Below, in pieces: positions 51,174 to 63,941 of a stretch of 64,000 bases of DNA; positions within the stretch are counted from its first letter, which is position 1, and every line of letters starts with the position of its first letter. The notes under the pieces were generated by a model that did not search any database, was not told the origin of the DNA, and saw only the letters and a list, made by a program, of their open reading frames with translations. Both the position numbers and the translations under genes were made by a program. The stretch lies in contig NC_069002.1 in NCBI RefSeq assembly GCF_001194135.2, forward strand, positions 15,320,162 to 15,384,161, given 5' to 3'. The DNA is from Octopus bimaculoides. Taxonomy: Eukaryota.

Positions 51174-51179
51174 AATAAA
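51174..51179 (+). terminator. Candidate polyadenylation signal of the SKICH gene
   Basis: AATAAA about 640 nt after the stop, followed by a GT/T-rich tract at about 51220-51245. Confidence 0.35.
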
Positions 51180-53561
51180 CAACGGGAGAGAAAATTGCCT
51201 TTCTAGCATAAGGAATCTCTGTTTTTATAGGTTTTGTTGTTTGTATAACCCAGGTAATTAACCGAGTCTTTACATCAGATAAAATGCGTTCTTGTGTTGA
51301 AATCAAGTATTCGAGCACGATTTCTGATATCCGGGTGGTAACTTGGAATGAGGATAATTTCAAGTCGTTACACCGGTGTAGCGCCCAACAATAATCTGAA
51401 CGGGAACTTCAGCAGTGTCTTACACTTTACATTTTTGCTGAAAGTTTTTTGGTAGACTCGAAGCTATATTAGAAGACACTTGCAGCTCAAGGTGCCACTC
51501 AATCAGATCGAAATTGAAAGCCTGTAGCTGTGAAGAGATTTGTGAGTGACAAGGCTGCTCATTCGAATTTCATGCACAATCCATTTAGCTTGCTTTTCCG
51601 TTTGCTCAATTTCACTCATAAGAAAAAGGGGCGGGGCTACTCGAGAATATAGAAAATGACATTTGTCTATGATATCACCCTATAAGGTTGTCAAGCGTGA
51701 GACTTTGTATTGAGAAGCAAACTTATAAACCATTCGACCACTCTGCACTTACATAGGTAAATAAATTATAACAAAAAGGAAGAGATGATCAGACATCAAG
51801 CGTATGAATTTAGATTAATAAAGAAGCGTGGCGTATATTGAAAGTCACACTCAATGAATTTTCGGTATTTATTGATCACTGATTTTCAATATTAATTGGT
51901 GATTAAATCTAACTGGTAGATTAGCGTCGACCTGAAACAATTTTTTCTTTTTCATACATTATTGAGATTCGTTCTTTAACGTTGTTCGATTCAGGTCAGA
52001 GTTAATTATCTTTTAATTACAGTCTTTTGCAAGATGTTTAATTTCTGTGTCTACGAATGTATATTATATTATATAACCTCTCCTCGAGCGAGTGCCTGTT
52101 TTTTTCCCCTTTTTTTTTTTTGACCCAGGTGAATTTAGAAACAAAACTTGTATAAAGTGGACGACCGCCTTTAGAGCTAATGGCAACATGTCCTGCAGAG
52201 GAGATAAGCTCCATGAGGATTATTAAACTCAAGGAAACAAATGGACGAAAGTTAAATCACTATTTAATGCTATACCAGATCAGTCAAACACAGGAAGCTC
52301 AACATCAAAGCTGAAAAAGTAAAGAGGTTTGAGAGAAAAAAAAAAAAAAAATCAGACGACACCAACAGAAGCAATGCAATAGGATAATAGATAAAAAAAA
52401 ATACGAGCGTATAGGGTATTAGTTTTGAGTTGAAACCACTGATCACATAATGGAGTATAGATTCTCTCCAAATGTGTGGTCTTGTGTAAAAGTTAATTAA
52501 TCTTTAAAAATAGCATTAGGCGGTGAAATTGGTAAAATTGTTAGAGAATCGGACAAATTGTGTTGCGATATCTGTTGCGCTTTTTTATGTTCGGAGCTCA
52601 GAGCTCGATATAGAACTTGGGCTTTAGCTTTCATTCTCTTGTGGTGAGGGGGATAAAGCTCTTACCCAGTATCTAGGCAACGCTTTCGAGTCGTCATATT
52701 CTGAATGTTGCGTAGGTCGAAAGAGGAGGTGCCGAGAGTTTGACTACTCAGAGTTACAAACGGTGCCGAAAGACAAAAGTAGGGTACATGTTACATCCTC
52801 GAATGCTAGTGAGGACAATATATATTAGTAACCCCGTCCATTGCTCATTGTATGGTTAATTTTGTAGAGTAATACGCATTACAAAAATAGTGCATAAAAC
52901 TGAAAGATATAAACACTTATCGAAACAATAGAGACGTGAAGATATTCATTTTATAAAAAAATTAAAAAGAAATTGAAAATTTATATTTACTTGGACAGCA
53001 TCCGAAAATCGATTGAGTCAAAGAAAGGTCTTTTTGTGTCGAAGAGGCTCTTAAGAAGCCGCTTGTGTTCGAAATAAGAAGTGCTGGAAGAAGAAATAAA
53101 GACACAAATGATGGTCAGTACTGGAATAGAAGATTAAAAAAAAAAAAAAAAAAAAAAAAGAACTTTCTTTTTTCTTTCTTTCTCTCTCTCTCTCTTTTAC
53201 ACACACACACACACGCACACATATACCATGATACCGTGTGGACTGAGATTCCCACTGACAAGCACCTGATATTAAACAAAATGTTAAAACATTTATGGTA
53301 TGCAAGTTGGTTATCCCAGTTCTCTGCATCTACAGGAATTGTTGAGCATATCTGCAGATTGGCTGCCAATTACTTTCGTGTTAGTTGAATTGATGAGACA
53401 CCTCTGTAAGAATTCAATAATGTTCTACAATTGATTAAGACTGTCCACCTATTTTTTTCCCCAATCCATCGAGAAACAGCTAAATTAGCCGTGTTTATAT
53501 ATCTACTACGTAATATACATGTTAATATGTTTACACAAAATATGTGTATATATATTCTACT

Positions 53562-53638
53562 GCCTTTTTATCTACTTCAGCTAGAGGCTATAACCGTGTT
53601 GCTGCACCGCCATAAACGCTGATACTTATTTACTTTAA
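53562..53638 (+). repeat. 77-bp direct repeat, copy 1 (copy 2 at 54248-54324)
   Basis: gcctttttatctacttcagctagaggct...cttatttactttaa; 3 mismatches to copy 2. Confidence 0.95.
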
Positions 53639-54247
53639 GGATCTATTTGAAAACGGGGGCACCAGTTTTCATTTATGTTTTATGTAGTGTTTTTGGTACG
53701 GAAAGACTTTCAAACTTCGTATACTTATCTATTTTGTGTTATAGAACAGAAAAAAAATTTTTGTATTCGAATTTATTTCATGTAAAAAATTGTCTTATTT
53801 CGATAATTTCTACTAATCACTGACGTCTATTTAGTTGAAAACAGTTAGCGCTGTAACGGTGTATATCGTATTAATCCTCTAACCATACTGTTAACCCTAA
53901 CTCTAGAATCCGAACTCTAAAATTGTAACACACACAGATACGCAAAGCGTAATTTATTATATAAACAATATATGCGTATAAATTACGATTAAACCGGATG
54001 AAATATGTCACAGGGAATAACATTTTTATGACCGCCGAGCAGTAACTCTATTCAGCTGAATAGACGTCAGTGATTGGTTGAAATTACAGAAATACGACAA
54101 CTTCAACATGGAATAACTTACGATGTACATTTTTTTGTTAAGAAGACTAAGAGTAAAAGATGTTTTATATGACACATTCTACCAGTGTCCCAAGTTTCAA
54201 AGTGTTTCGTTAAGAAAATACTGGTGCCCCCATTTTGAAATAGATCC
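53639..54247. mobile_element. 609-bp non-autonomous TIR element (GG...CC termini, TTAA at the left junction; Kolobok-like)
   Basis: 28-bp TIRs ggatctattt(g/c)aaaa(c/t)gggggcaccagt with 2 mismatches. Confidence 0.8.
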
Positions 54248-54324
54248 GCCTTTTTATCTACTTCAGCTAGAGGCTGTAACCGTGTTGCTGCACCGCCATA
54301 AACGCTGATGCTTATTTATTTTAA
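54248..54324 (+). repeat. 77-bp direct repeat, copy 2
   Basis: Immediately follows the right TIR of 53639-54247. Confidence 0.95.
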
Positions 54325-54559
54325 ACTTACTTCCCGATACTGTCATCTTACTGCGACGATAATGCAATTTAAGGTTATGGTATTTGTGCGGTAACTATCG
54401 TCTATGTCGTAATCGATACCACAACCACTGACAAGCAGCTATTCACATACAAGCTTATAGGAAAGTAGTTATACACCATTAGGTGTACACCCGCTTTCCT
54501 ATATTAAATTCTAAAGAAACAACGTAACGCAGATTCCGATCCATCAACCCAACAATATT

Positions 54560-54745
54560 TATTTACAGAGTGGTTATTTGTGAAGCTCTGGTGCTGACAT
54601 GTGAGAGAGCTCCGTTGGACGTCTGAGCTCATGGTCAGCCGGCCGAGAAAGAGAATGAATAAGGGCGCCAAACTTGGATGTCCAATAACCACGCATGCGC
54701 ACGAGACAAGGCGTTACTACAAGCTCATTCTACCACTTGGTATGT
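54560..54745. promoter_or_regulatory. GC/CpG-rich promoter-like patch with CCAAT and NRF1-like motif
   Basis: CCAAT at 54682 and CGCATGCGCA at 54692-54701; donor-like sites on both strands nearby. Confidence 0.3.
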
Positions 54746-57744
54746 TGAAATTATATTCAACAACTTTGGACACAGTCATAACCTTTAGCCGAGAAAACAA
54801 AAATGAAATTTTGAGGACTGTCACTAGGCCAGTCTTAGTTTTCGATGCAAAATGATCACATGATATTAACGCACTGACGTAGTATGGACCCCCCCCCCCC
54901 NNNNNNNNNNNNNNCCCCCCACAAAAATTTTCAAGACGTTATCTTCCTTTTACCACATTTAAGAGATAAATTCATGGCCCAGGTTGTTTGGGATTGTCGC
55001 TAGGCATGCTCACTCAACCGTGACAGCTTTAACTTACGACGTCACATGATACGAAAGAAAGGACGTAGTGGGGAACCTGCAAACATTTCTAAATGTAACC
55101 AATGTGATCATCCTCGACCGATCAAATTGTATCCAAAACAGACATTAATTTGGGTCATGTTCTCTTTAAAAAACAACAACGATTTTTGAACTCTAATCAG
55201 AAGCAAAACAATTGAAGCATAGCTACGTCTTTCTATTTCAACATTTGAAAATCAGAGAAATCTTACAAAAAAATTTTAATATAAAATCCAATCAAACCAC
55301 ACTCTTTACTCTTTTACTTGTTTCAGTCATTTGACTGCGGCCATGCCGGAGCACCACCTTTAGTCGTGCAAATCGACACCAGGACTTATTCTTTGGAAGC
55401 CTAGTACCTATTCTATTGGTCTCTTTTGCCGAACCGCTAAGTTACGGGGACGTAAACACACCAGCATCGGTTGTCAAGCGATGTTGGGGTGGGGGGACAG
55501 ACACAAACACACACATATATATATAGATATATATATATACATATACACGACGGGCTTCTTTCAGTTTCCGTCTACCAAATCCACTCACAAGGCTTTGGTC
55601 GGCCCAAGGCTATAGTAGAAGACACTTGCCCAAGGTGCCACGCAGTGGGACTGAACCCGGAACCATGTGGTCGGTAAGCAAGCTACTTACCACACAGCCA
55701 CTCCTGCGCCTGTGCATTTCCAACTCCTTTTTTCTATATTTCTAACCGCGTGGAATAAAATAAACATTGTTTTCTGTGTGTGTGTATATATATATATATC
55801 GTTTGTAGAAATACATTAGACCGGAGGAGAAGCACACTGTAAGATGTAGAGCAGTTAATATTATGATGGGGGAGGTCGGCTCAATGGGTTACGCTAGGTT
55901 TCTCGCTCATTAGGAGTTTAGCCGTACGGCGTATCTTCAGACCCGCCAAACACTGCTGGCTTAAGACCTCTTCAAAATATGGAAGGGGAAATGCTTCGCT
56001 ATAAAGGTGAACTCTAGGTAACTATCAGACTAGGACCGACCTCAACTGATTCAGTCAACTTTATCATCGGAGTTCATTCCGTAAGTGACAACTTGGATCA
56101 TATGCGCCGCTGGCCTTGCTTTCAACTCACCCTTTCTTTACTCATCTCTCTGTTCCTCCCTTTCACTATCTCTGTCTCTCTCTCTGTTGTGACTCCCATC
56201 CCTTTCCGTATCATCCTCATCATCGTCGTCATCACCATCAGTGGTCGACATGTCACCCATTCATAAAGTCTCCACACGTTTCCACTTCCGCCATCCAACA
56301 GCGGTCGTCCAAATTTACACTTCAAGTTCATTCTCTCTATGTATGTTGGTAATTTGCTCTAGGCTTATTATACTCAAGACCATTCCAGCCATAATCATCC
56401 ACTGTTTTGTTTAGCAAGGCTTCCATTGTCCAGTGTTCTTCCGCAGCCAAGACAGACTTGACGGTTTTACCTGCTCTTCATAATTCTAATAGGTCGAGAG
56501 ACGAGTCTCCTTAAAAAGTGTGGTTGTGTAGAAAATAAATTTATTTTTTAGGTTTGTTCATTCTCCTGCACTTCCTTCCCTTCACATTACTACTTTTATG
56601 CTATATGACAGCAGACTCCTGGTGGTCCGCCAAGGTAGTACTAGGGGTCCGTGAATTAAATTTAAAATTTCACACAGGGATAGGCATATCAAAAGATGTC
56701 CGTGAGAAAACTCATTTAAATAAAAAAGGATTGGGAACCACTTATATATGACATGAATACCGACAAAAAAAAAAAAAAAAATGCATGAAAAAAATCAGTA
56801 AAGTTATTGCTATGACAACTGTCGTCCCAATTTTCTTTGCTTTTTTTTTTGTATTTGCTATATTTCTTTGCTTATTTTTTTCTGTCGTCTTCATGAACAA
56901 TGTCGCGTTTTATTTGCCGTCCGTCTGTTTGTAGGTCCCAACCTAGCTCTTATTTACTGAACCGTAGCAAAGTAGAAAAGGTTGTGTTAGAAATACGAGT
57001 GAATCTCACCCGATAATCCTATTTCAAATAACTCAACTATTTATGAGTGTCACCCCCTCCCCCCACCAAAAAAAAAAAAACGAAAATTATTTTGTGTTTT
57101 TACTTTGAAGTTGTCATAACTGCTTTACCCTCTCCACCATTGTTAAGAACAGGGGTGTTATCTTTTGTCAGAGGTCGTTTACTTCAATGGTACAGTGTGC
57201 TCAGCAGGAATTTGAGAGTTACAAAGTTCGATTATCTGCACTGGCTACTGGTTGCTTTTTTTTCCATAAGGGTATTTTGTCTATAAAAGTACTTTTAACC
57301 GATTTTCTGAAAGCTATTTTCACAGTTGCTCTCCTGCGTTTGAGATTTTGCCCATTTTTAAAAAGAAAAGAAAAGAAAACACAACGGACTTTTTCCGTAA
57401 TATTTCGAAATATCTCTGTAAATTTCAACGCTTTATTGTTTATTCTTATATATAATATAAAAAATTTGTTTCGCAATCACATGGTTTCGGGTTCAGTCCC
57501 ATTGCGCGGCATCTCGGCAAGGTACCTCCAACCAGAGTCCTGGGCGGACTAATGTCCCGTCAGTTGATTTGGTTGACGGAAACTGTGTAGAAGCTCATCG
57601 GGTGGGTTATACCCGTAATAAAGTTCCAGCCTTGTCACATACTATACCATAATGATTCAACTTAAAGGGCGATTACTTTAAATTATTTTTTTAGTTTACT
57701 TTCCAATTTCTAAAAATCCTTACGATGTAGGCGAAAGATTTTTA

Positions 57745-57930
57745 AAATGTGATCAGCAACGAGACGAAGGCAGCTGCATTTTTACAAAGAAATGGCCTTT
57801 TAGATGATGTTAAACTATATCATCGTTGTGTAGAGAAATGAAGAAAACTAGAAGAAAAAGGGAAAAACGGTAAAATTTTGCCCACTTTATGCAGCAAAAT
57901 TCGTGGCTGCCAATCTTGTGGGATCTACGC
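57745..57930 (+). mobile_element. Merlin (IS1016-like) transposase N-terminal fragment
   Basis: ISNETKAAAFLQRNGLLDDVKLYHRC...EMKK...NGKILPTLC.KIRGCQ across a frameshift. Confidence 0.45.
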
Positions 57931-58239
57931 GCTTATTTTAATTATATCTTTTATTCTTGGTTGCTTATTATTCACTAAGACGTAGATGAAACATGGTTTT
58001 GTTATTATTGAAATAATAAGAATTTCGAAAAAATACATTTACAATGGTAATCATGTACAAAAGAATTTATAAAAAATTTGAATGGCAATTTGATAATAAA
58101 GATGAAATATAAATTTAGATAATTTTAGTGATGAATTGAGCAAACATCTGCTAGAAATGCAGGCTTTTTAGAAACTAAAAAAGTAACCTAAAATAATCGT
58201 CCTTTAAGTTGTAAATCACACTCCGAAGTAGCACCGACT

Positions 58240-58730
58240 ACCCAGTCTTTGAATGCCAATGACTGTGACTTTGTATCACTCAGTGTACAAGGGATGGCCA
58301 GACTTTTACGATCGTGCAAGCTGTTTGGTTTCACCATGAGCCTTGACGAAACTGTGGTAATGTTCCAGCCTCCTCCTGGATTGCTATACCTGGAGCCAGC
58401 TCCCTACGCTGACGGCCTCAAACTGAAGGTAGCTTATAAGTTTACACACCTGGGTAACAACTATCAACCGAAACTTCTCTTTAGACGATGAGATCATCGC
58501 ACGAATGTAAAAGGCCACTGATGCCTTTACCGTTCTGAAGGGTAGTGTCTAATCGCACAGAGGCTTGAAAAACAACGTCAAGTTAGCAATGCTTATTATT
58601 TTCGTATGAAACATGGGTAGTGTACCGCTATCGCCTAAAAGTACTTGAGCGATTTTATCAGCAGTGCTTGACGAACACCCAGAGCGCCTACTAAATGACA
58701 CGAAAGCTTTAGAAAGAGCCAATGTAGTGG
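58240..58730 (+). mobile_element. RTE (BovB-like) RT fragment
   Basis: ANDCDFV...CKLFGFTMSLDETVVMFQPPPG..Y.EP...DG.KLKVAYKFTHLG, followed by degenerate thumb motifs. Confidence 0.8.
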
Positions 58731-59134
58731 GTATACATAATAAACATACATACATGTATGTATATAACTGTGTCTAGTTGAAAGAAGTTCCTGTAACTTT
58801 CAGCAATGTATTTAAAATCATTTTGCGCTATTGTATGAACTTAATGCATTCAAAGTTTCACAGTCGTTTTTCCTCCTGTTGTTTAATAAGAAAAGGACGT
58901 GGCATATCATTTTATTCGGAACCTCTGTAATTGTCGAAGGGAAGGAACCCGAATGACTTACAACACTATTTTCTGCTAAAAGTATCCAACGTCCAGGTGT
59001 CAGATTTAGTGCATTTATGGCATAAAAATGTCAAAATATTTGTTAAACAGTGACCTATTGTTCAGTGAGAACACCTTTTTTTTTATTTTACAGTCCACCT
59101 TCTACCACTGCTGTCTCTCTAGGTTAATATTCTT

Positions 59135-59338
59135 TTCTACTCTAGGCCCGAAATTTTTAGGGAGGGTGACAGTCGATTAGATTGACCTCACTACGCAGCT
59201 GGTACTTAATTTATCGACCCCGAAAGGATGAAAGGCAAAGTCGACCTCGGCGGAATTTGAACTCAGAACGCAATGACAGTCGAAATATCGCTAAACATTT
59301 CGCCCGGCGTGCTAACGGTTCTGCCAGCTCACCGCCTT
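59135..59338 (-). mobile_element. SINE family D, Meta-domain-like (other copies 4040-4160, 9575-9800, 37680-37810, 38870-40090 array, 44216-44320, 63112-63320 minus; decayed plus copies about 52515, 60860, 62170)
   Basis: aggcgg(t/c)gagctggcagaa head, gagttcaaattccgcc B box, gcctttcatcctttcggggtcgataaattaagtaccag central domain. Confidence 0.88.
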
Positions 59339-59449
59339 TCTCTCTGGGTTGATATTGCATTATTGCAACAAGATATCTCACAGAGCTATGTTTAAAAAGA
59401 AAACTAAAGAACATGAGCTCTGATACCTTCAAAGTTTTAACGAATTTGG

Positions 59450-59620
59450 AATTTTTAGTTCAGGCAGGTGCTATTTAAAAGAGTCTCAAAACAAATCAAA
59501 GAAGAAAAAGATGTCATCATCTTAAAACGATATCTGGAAGGATTTCTTCTGGAGGTACCCGAAAATCCCCGTATACTTGGAGACATCTCAGTGAACAACG
59601 ATTCCCTACTTTATAGGGCC
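59450..59620 (+). mobile_element. CR1-like LINE extreme 3' fragment
   Basis: LFKRVSKQIKEEKDVIILKRYLEGFLLEVPENP..G.IS.NNDSLL resembles the CR1 terminal FK..LD.FL..IPD.P motif. Confidence 0.45.
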
Positions 59621-62489
59621 ACGATACCACAAAACTTGGCTTTAAAATTACTTAAGATATCTTATCGGGTGGTGCTATTAAATCTGACATGAACTGGGCC
59701 AATTTTTGACCGAAAATTCAAATATATTTATGTAATTTTTTGTTTGTTTGTTTAAATCGTAGACATGCTCCACACATTTCTCACTAACTCAATACAGGTG
59801 TAATCTATTCGTAGATCTCATCTCGATACTGAACGAGTGAACTGTGTTATATTTTCTATAGGCACAGCTCTAACAGTTTTTAGAAAGGACAAAAAAAAAT
59901 AAATAAAAATCCCTCATTGAACTCTTAACTTATTCTATTGATCCTGAAAGAGCAAATGTTAAAGTAGAGCTCTGAATTATTTGAACGAGACACGAATAAA
60001 TACTATAAAGACAGTGTTTAACAGTTTTACTGTTTCTACGATATTTAATCGACAAAAAATTTGTGAAATGCCGTACTTCAAATTACCTAGAAATGAAATG
60101 GTTCAAAGTAGGATTTAGGAACTTTAGTAAATGTTTATCCACAAAGTCCAAGTAATCGCCTTCTGGTATCATTGCGGATATTTATTGTGTCAGATATAAT
60201 AAACAAACTCGGAGGAACAAACAGCCTCCTGCTATTATATACATGAGAATATATCTCGCATTTGCTGAATTCTACGGAAACCGGAATTGAATGCTTGACA
60301 TACAAATTCAGGGGTTTAAGGCAGGGAGCAGGCAGAATCGTTCGGGCATCTACAGAAATGCCATGTGATGTTTGCTCCGGCTCTTGATTTTGTGAGTTCA
60401 ATTTTCACCGTGATAAACCTAGTCTTTCATCCTTTCCCGTCGATAAATCAAAAAGCCAGCCAAGGACTGGGATCGATTACATAACGATTATTACTCCACC
60501 TTCTTTCAAAAATTGCTAACCCTACGCCTCAGTCAGAAACCTTTATTACAGCAATGTTTTTGTTTGTTTTTTTATTAAATTTAGTTGATTCTCTAACTTA
60601 AAACTAGGTGAAATGAAGGCAACAGACTATTAGAATCGGCAGAGCGTGGAAGAAAACTGTGGTGTCAGTTGACAGTGGTTAGGGTTAGGGTCAGAAGAAT
60701 ACATTTGAGCGACGATCAAGATCTGCCATAAATGTTAGTGGATTGGTAGAATAGAGCAGAACGATGAATACGATGGTGGCGAGAAATGAAAGAACGAAGA
60801 TAGTGGTGGCGGAGGATTGGTATAAACCAGTATAGCTGTGGTATTTTAACTACATCATAAACATTTCGGTTTCGAATCCCGCCAAGGTCAGTTTTGCCTT
60901 TCATTCATCCAGAATCGATAATATAAATAACAGCCAAATGTAATCGATAATGCTCCTTCCCCCTCTCACTATCATAGGCGCATCTTAAAATTCAATATTA
61001 TGTCAGATGTTTGTTTTGCTTCTTAATTATGTAATTGGATTGAATAAAGCAGAGGGCACACATCAAAGAGAATTTTACTATTTACAGTTGCAATATGAAA
61101 CACACAAGGTGGGGGGGGGGGATCTCCCTCGTTCGACGATGAGGATTCAGCTGTCCGATCAACTTAATTATCACCTCCTGAATTGACGAGTTAGTGGCTG
61201 AGTATTCTACAGTATTCTTTAAGCAGGATGAGTATGACACAGTGTAACAAGGGTGTACCTTTTGAATTACAGCTACAATCCACCCGAGAGGCTTCAGTAC
61301 ACTTTCTGTCGATCCAGTTTCACTCACAAAGTATGGATCAACTTGAAGCTATCGAAAATAACATTTTTCCAAGATGCCATGTGGTGGGACCGAAACCTTG
61401 TATTTGCAAAAGCAAACTCGACTAAACTCCGCCTGCATGAAACATTCATCCTAAATTTATAAAAAAAAAAGGAAAAAAGGAGTTCTACTTGTCTCACAAC
61501 TCCTAGCAATCATAAGCTTGTAGGTGGTATCCTCGCCCTACTAGGAATAACTCCTACATTTCTCTCAATATGTATACTACCGACATGAAAAAGGAGGGCC
61601 TTATTAAATAATGTAGCCCCAGGAACACGATATTTAAATAAAATAAACTGGAAATCATCAAAGCTGGAATGACTAGCGAAAAATTGAAGTAAAATCCCTC
61701 TTAAAAGACACATTAAATGATGTAGTCCGAGCTAGACTATTCGGCAGCTGAGCTTCATGCTTTGACAAATGCCGTCAGAGGGAAGTACTTAAAGTGGATT
61801 AATTCAAAGGAACCAAACGAAGGGAGTTGAAATGTAAGAGTAAGCATCGTGAATAAGTAAAGCTATTCAGATATTCACTTGATGTTGTTGTTGTTGTTAT
61901 CGGTGTCATTGTTATGATTATTATTAGCTTCATTCCCGAGCAGATCAAAACGCTATCACTGTATTTTACGGTCCGAAATAAAATTCTTTTAAGAAATGGG
62001 GTGTCACCACATCCCTTCAGTCAATTTTACAACTCCCTTTTAAGAAATGGAGTAGTCATGATTAGAATTCTGTAGTCCTTTGCCAAAAGAATTTCTAGGT
62101 TGCAGGATTATCCGATTTTCAATGAAAAGGTGGCCAATTGACTGAATAGATGAAGAGTCGAATAAAATGTCTTGCAGTATTTGTTTCGGCTATATTCGCT
62201 CTGAGTTCAAATCCCGCCAGCATTAACTGGTCTTTTGCCTTTATGAGGTCAGTAAATAACGCACTAGTCCAGGTCGAAGATGTCTTGCAGAATTTATTCC
62301 GGCTTTTTTTGTTTATGCTGTCAGTTGAAATTCCACTTCCTATCACCGTCAACTTTTCCGGGACCCGGATAACAGACGGAGGGATGCATCAACTGAACCA
62401 ATATCTTGGTCAGATCAATAAAAACAAAACAACAAAACGGAAACATCGCTAAAATGGGAAAAAAAATCCTTAGCGAAAATAACTCGCAA

Positions 62490-62542
62490 AGTGACACTGA
62501 AATATAAAGGGGTCCGCAAGTCAAAAAGTTTGAAAACCCCTG
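62490..62542 (-). mobile_element. hAT/Charlie-type MITE end
   Basis: Reverse complement of the 15395 terminus, flanked by ctctagag (NTCTAGAN target consensus). Confidence 0.65.
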
Positions 62543-62698
62543 CTCTAGAGGAATCTCTCGACGGAAGCAAGTGAATGTCACGTAACTTGGAATGGAAAGC
62601 TCTTTGGTCCTACCAGCGAGGACTCACCGTCCCATCTCTCTCTCTCTTTCTTTCTTTCTCCCCCCCCCATTTCACTATATATATATATATATATATAG

Positions 62699-62734
<36 letters not shown>

Positions 62735-63402
62735 AACTGATGCTGCTATCCAACTAAATGGTACACATACACCCTATGGATGCTTCATATTCTTACATTC
62801 TCAGATGTTTCGATATTTTATATTTGTCATGTAGGGATGTCCCTCAATATTACATAAACTACACTATCTACGCCCCCTCCCCCTCCCGCACCCTATTACG
62901 TTACGCTGCATCTCGTCTCATTAAGTCAAATTAACATACATGACAGTACTCATATTGTCGTTTGAATGCTCGAAATGACAGCCGACAACTGACGAAGGGA
63001 ACTTTTTCTGTATTAACTTCTGTTTTCAATTTTTTCTCCTTGTATGCGTATTTCACACATTTTCCCCCTCGTTTGTTTATATATTTCACTCGCTTTTGTA
63101 CTGTAATTCTTTCTGCTATAGGTACAAGGCATGGAATTTGAGGGGAGGGGGATAGTCGATTACATTGACCTCAGCATTTGACTGGTACTTAATTTATCGA
63201 CCCCGAAAGGATGAAAGGCAAAGTCGACCTCGGCAGAATTTGAACTCAGAACGTAGCAGCAGACGAAATACCACCAGGTATTTCGCTCGGCGTGCTAGCG
63301 ATCCCGCCAGCTCGCCGTCTCTTGGTCCTGTAATTACTGGACATGTCTTGTATCTATCTCTCGTGTGTATGTTATTTGCACCGTTGGTGACGTCCTGTAC
63401 CC

Positions 63403-63433
<31 letters not shown>

Positions 63434-63434
<1 letters not shown>

Positions 63435-63772
63435 GGAGGCGCAATGGCCCAGTGGTTAGGGCAGTGAACTCGCAGTCGTTGGATCGCGGTTTCGATTCCC
63501 AGATCGGGCGTTGTGAGTGTTAATTGAGCGAAAACACCTAAAGCTCCACGAGGCTCCGGCAGGGCGTGGTGGCAAACCCTACTGCACTCTTTCACCATAG
63601 CTTTCTCTCACTCTTCCTTTCTGTATCTGTTGAACTTGTATTTGAAAGGGCCAGCCTTAACACACGCTGTGTCACGCTGAATCTCCCCGAGAACTACGTT
63701 AATTTCACGAGCAGGCTGTTCCGTTGATCGGATCAACTGGAACCCTCGTCGTCGTAACCGACGGAGTGCCAC
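63434..63772 (+). mobile_element. SINE family A variant with an internal deletion
   Basis: Lacks the segment between the two acgttaa repeats. Confidence 0.85.
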
Positions 63773-63941
63773 GCCTATATACATACAAAGCACAATTTAT
63801 TCGTGATAAGTGATGTTCGTAAACCGAGGTACTACTGTATATATACACGTATATATGTATACATATATATACATATATATACATATATATACATATATAT
63901 ATATATATACATATATATATACACATATATATTTACATATA

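Noticed and set aside
62960-63010. GAAA...CTGACGA hammerhead-like halves
   Set aside because: Only 13 nt lie between the motifs and there is no closing stem II, so no complete fold is possible.
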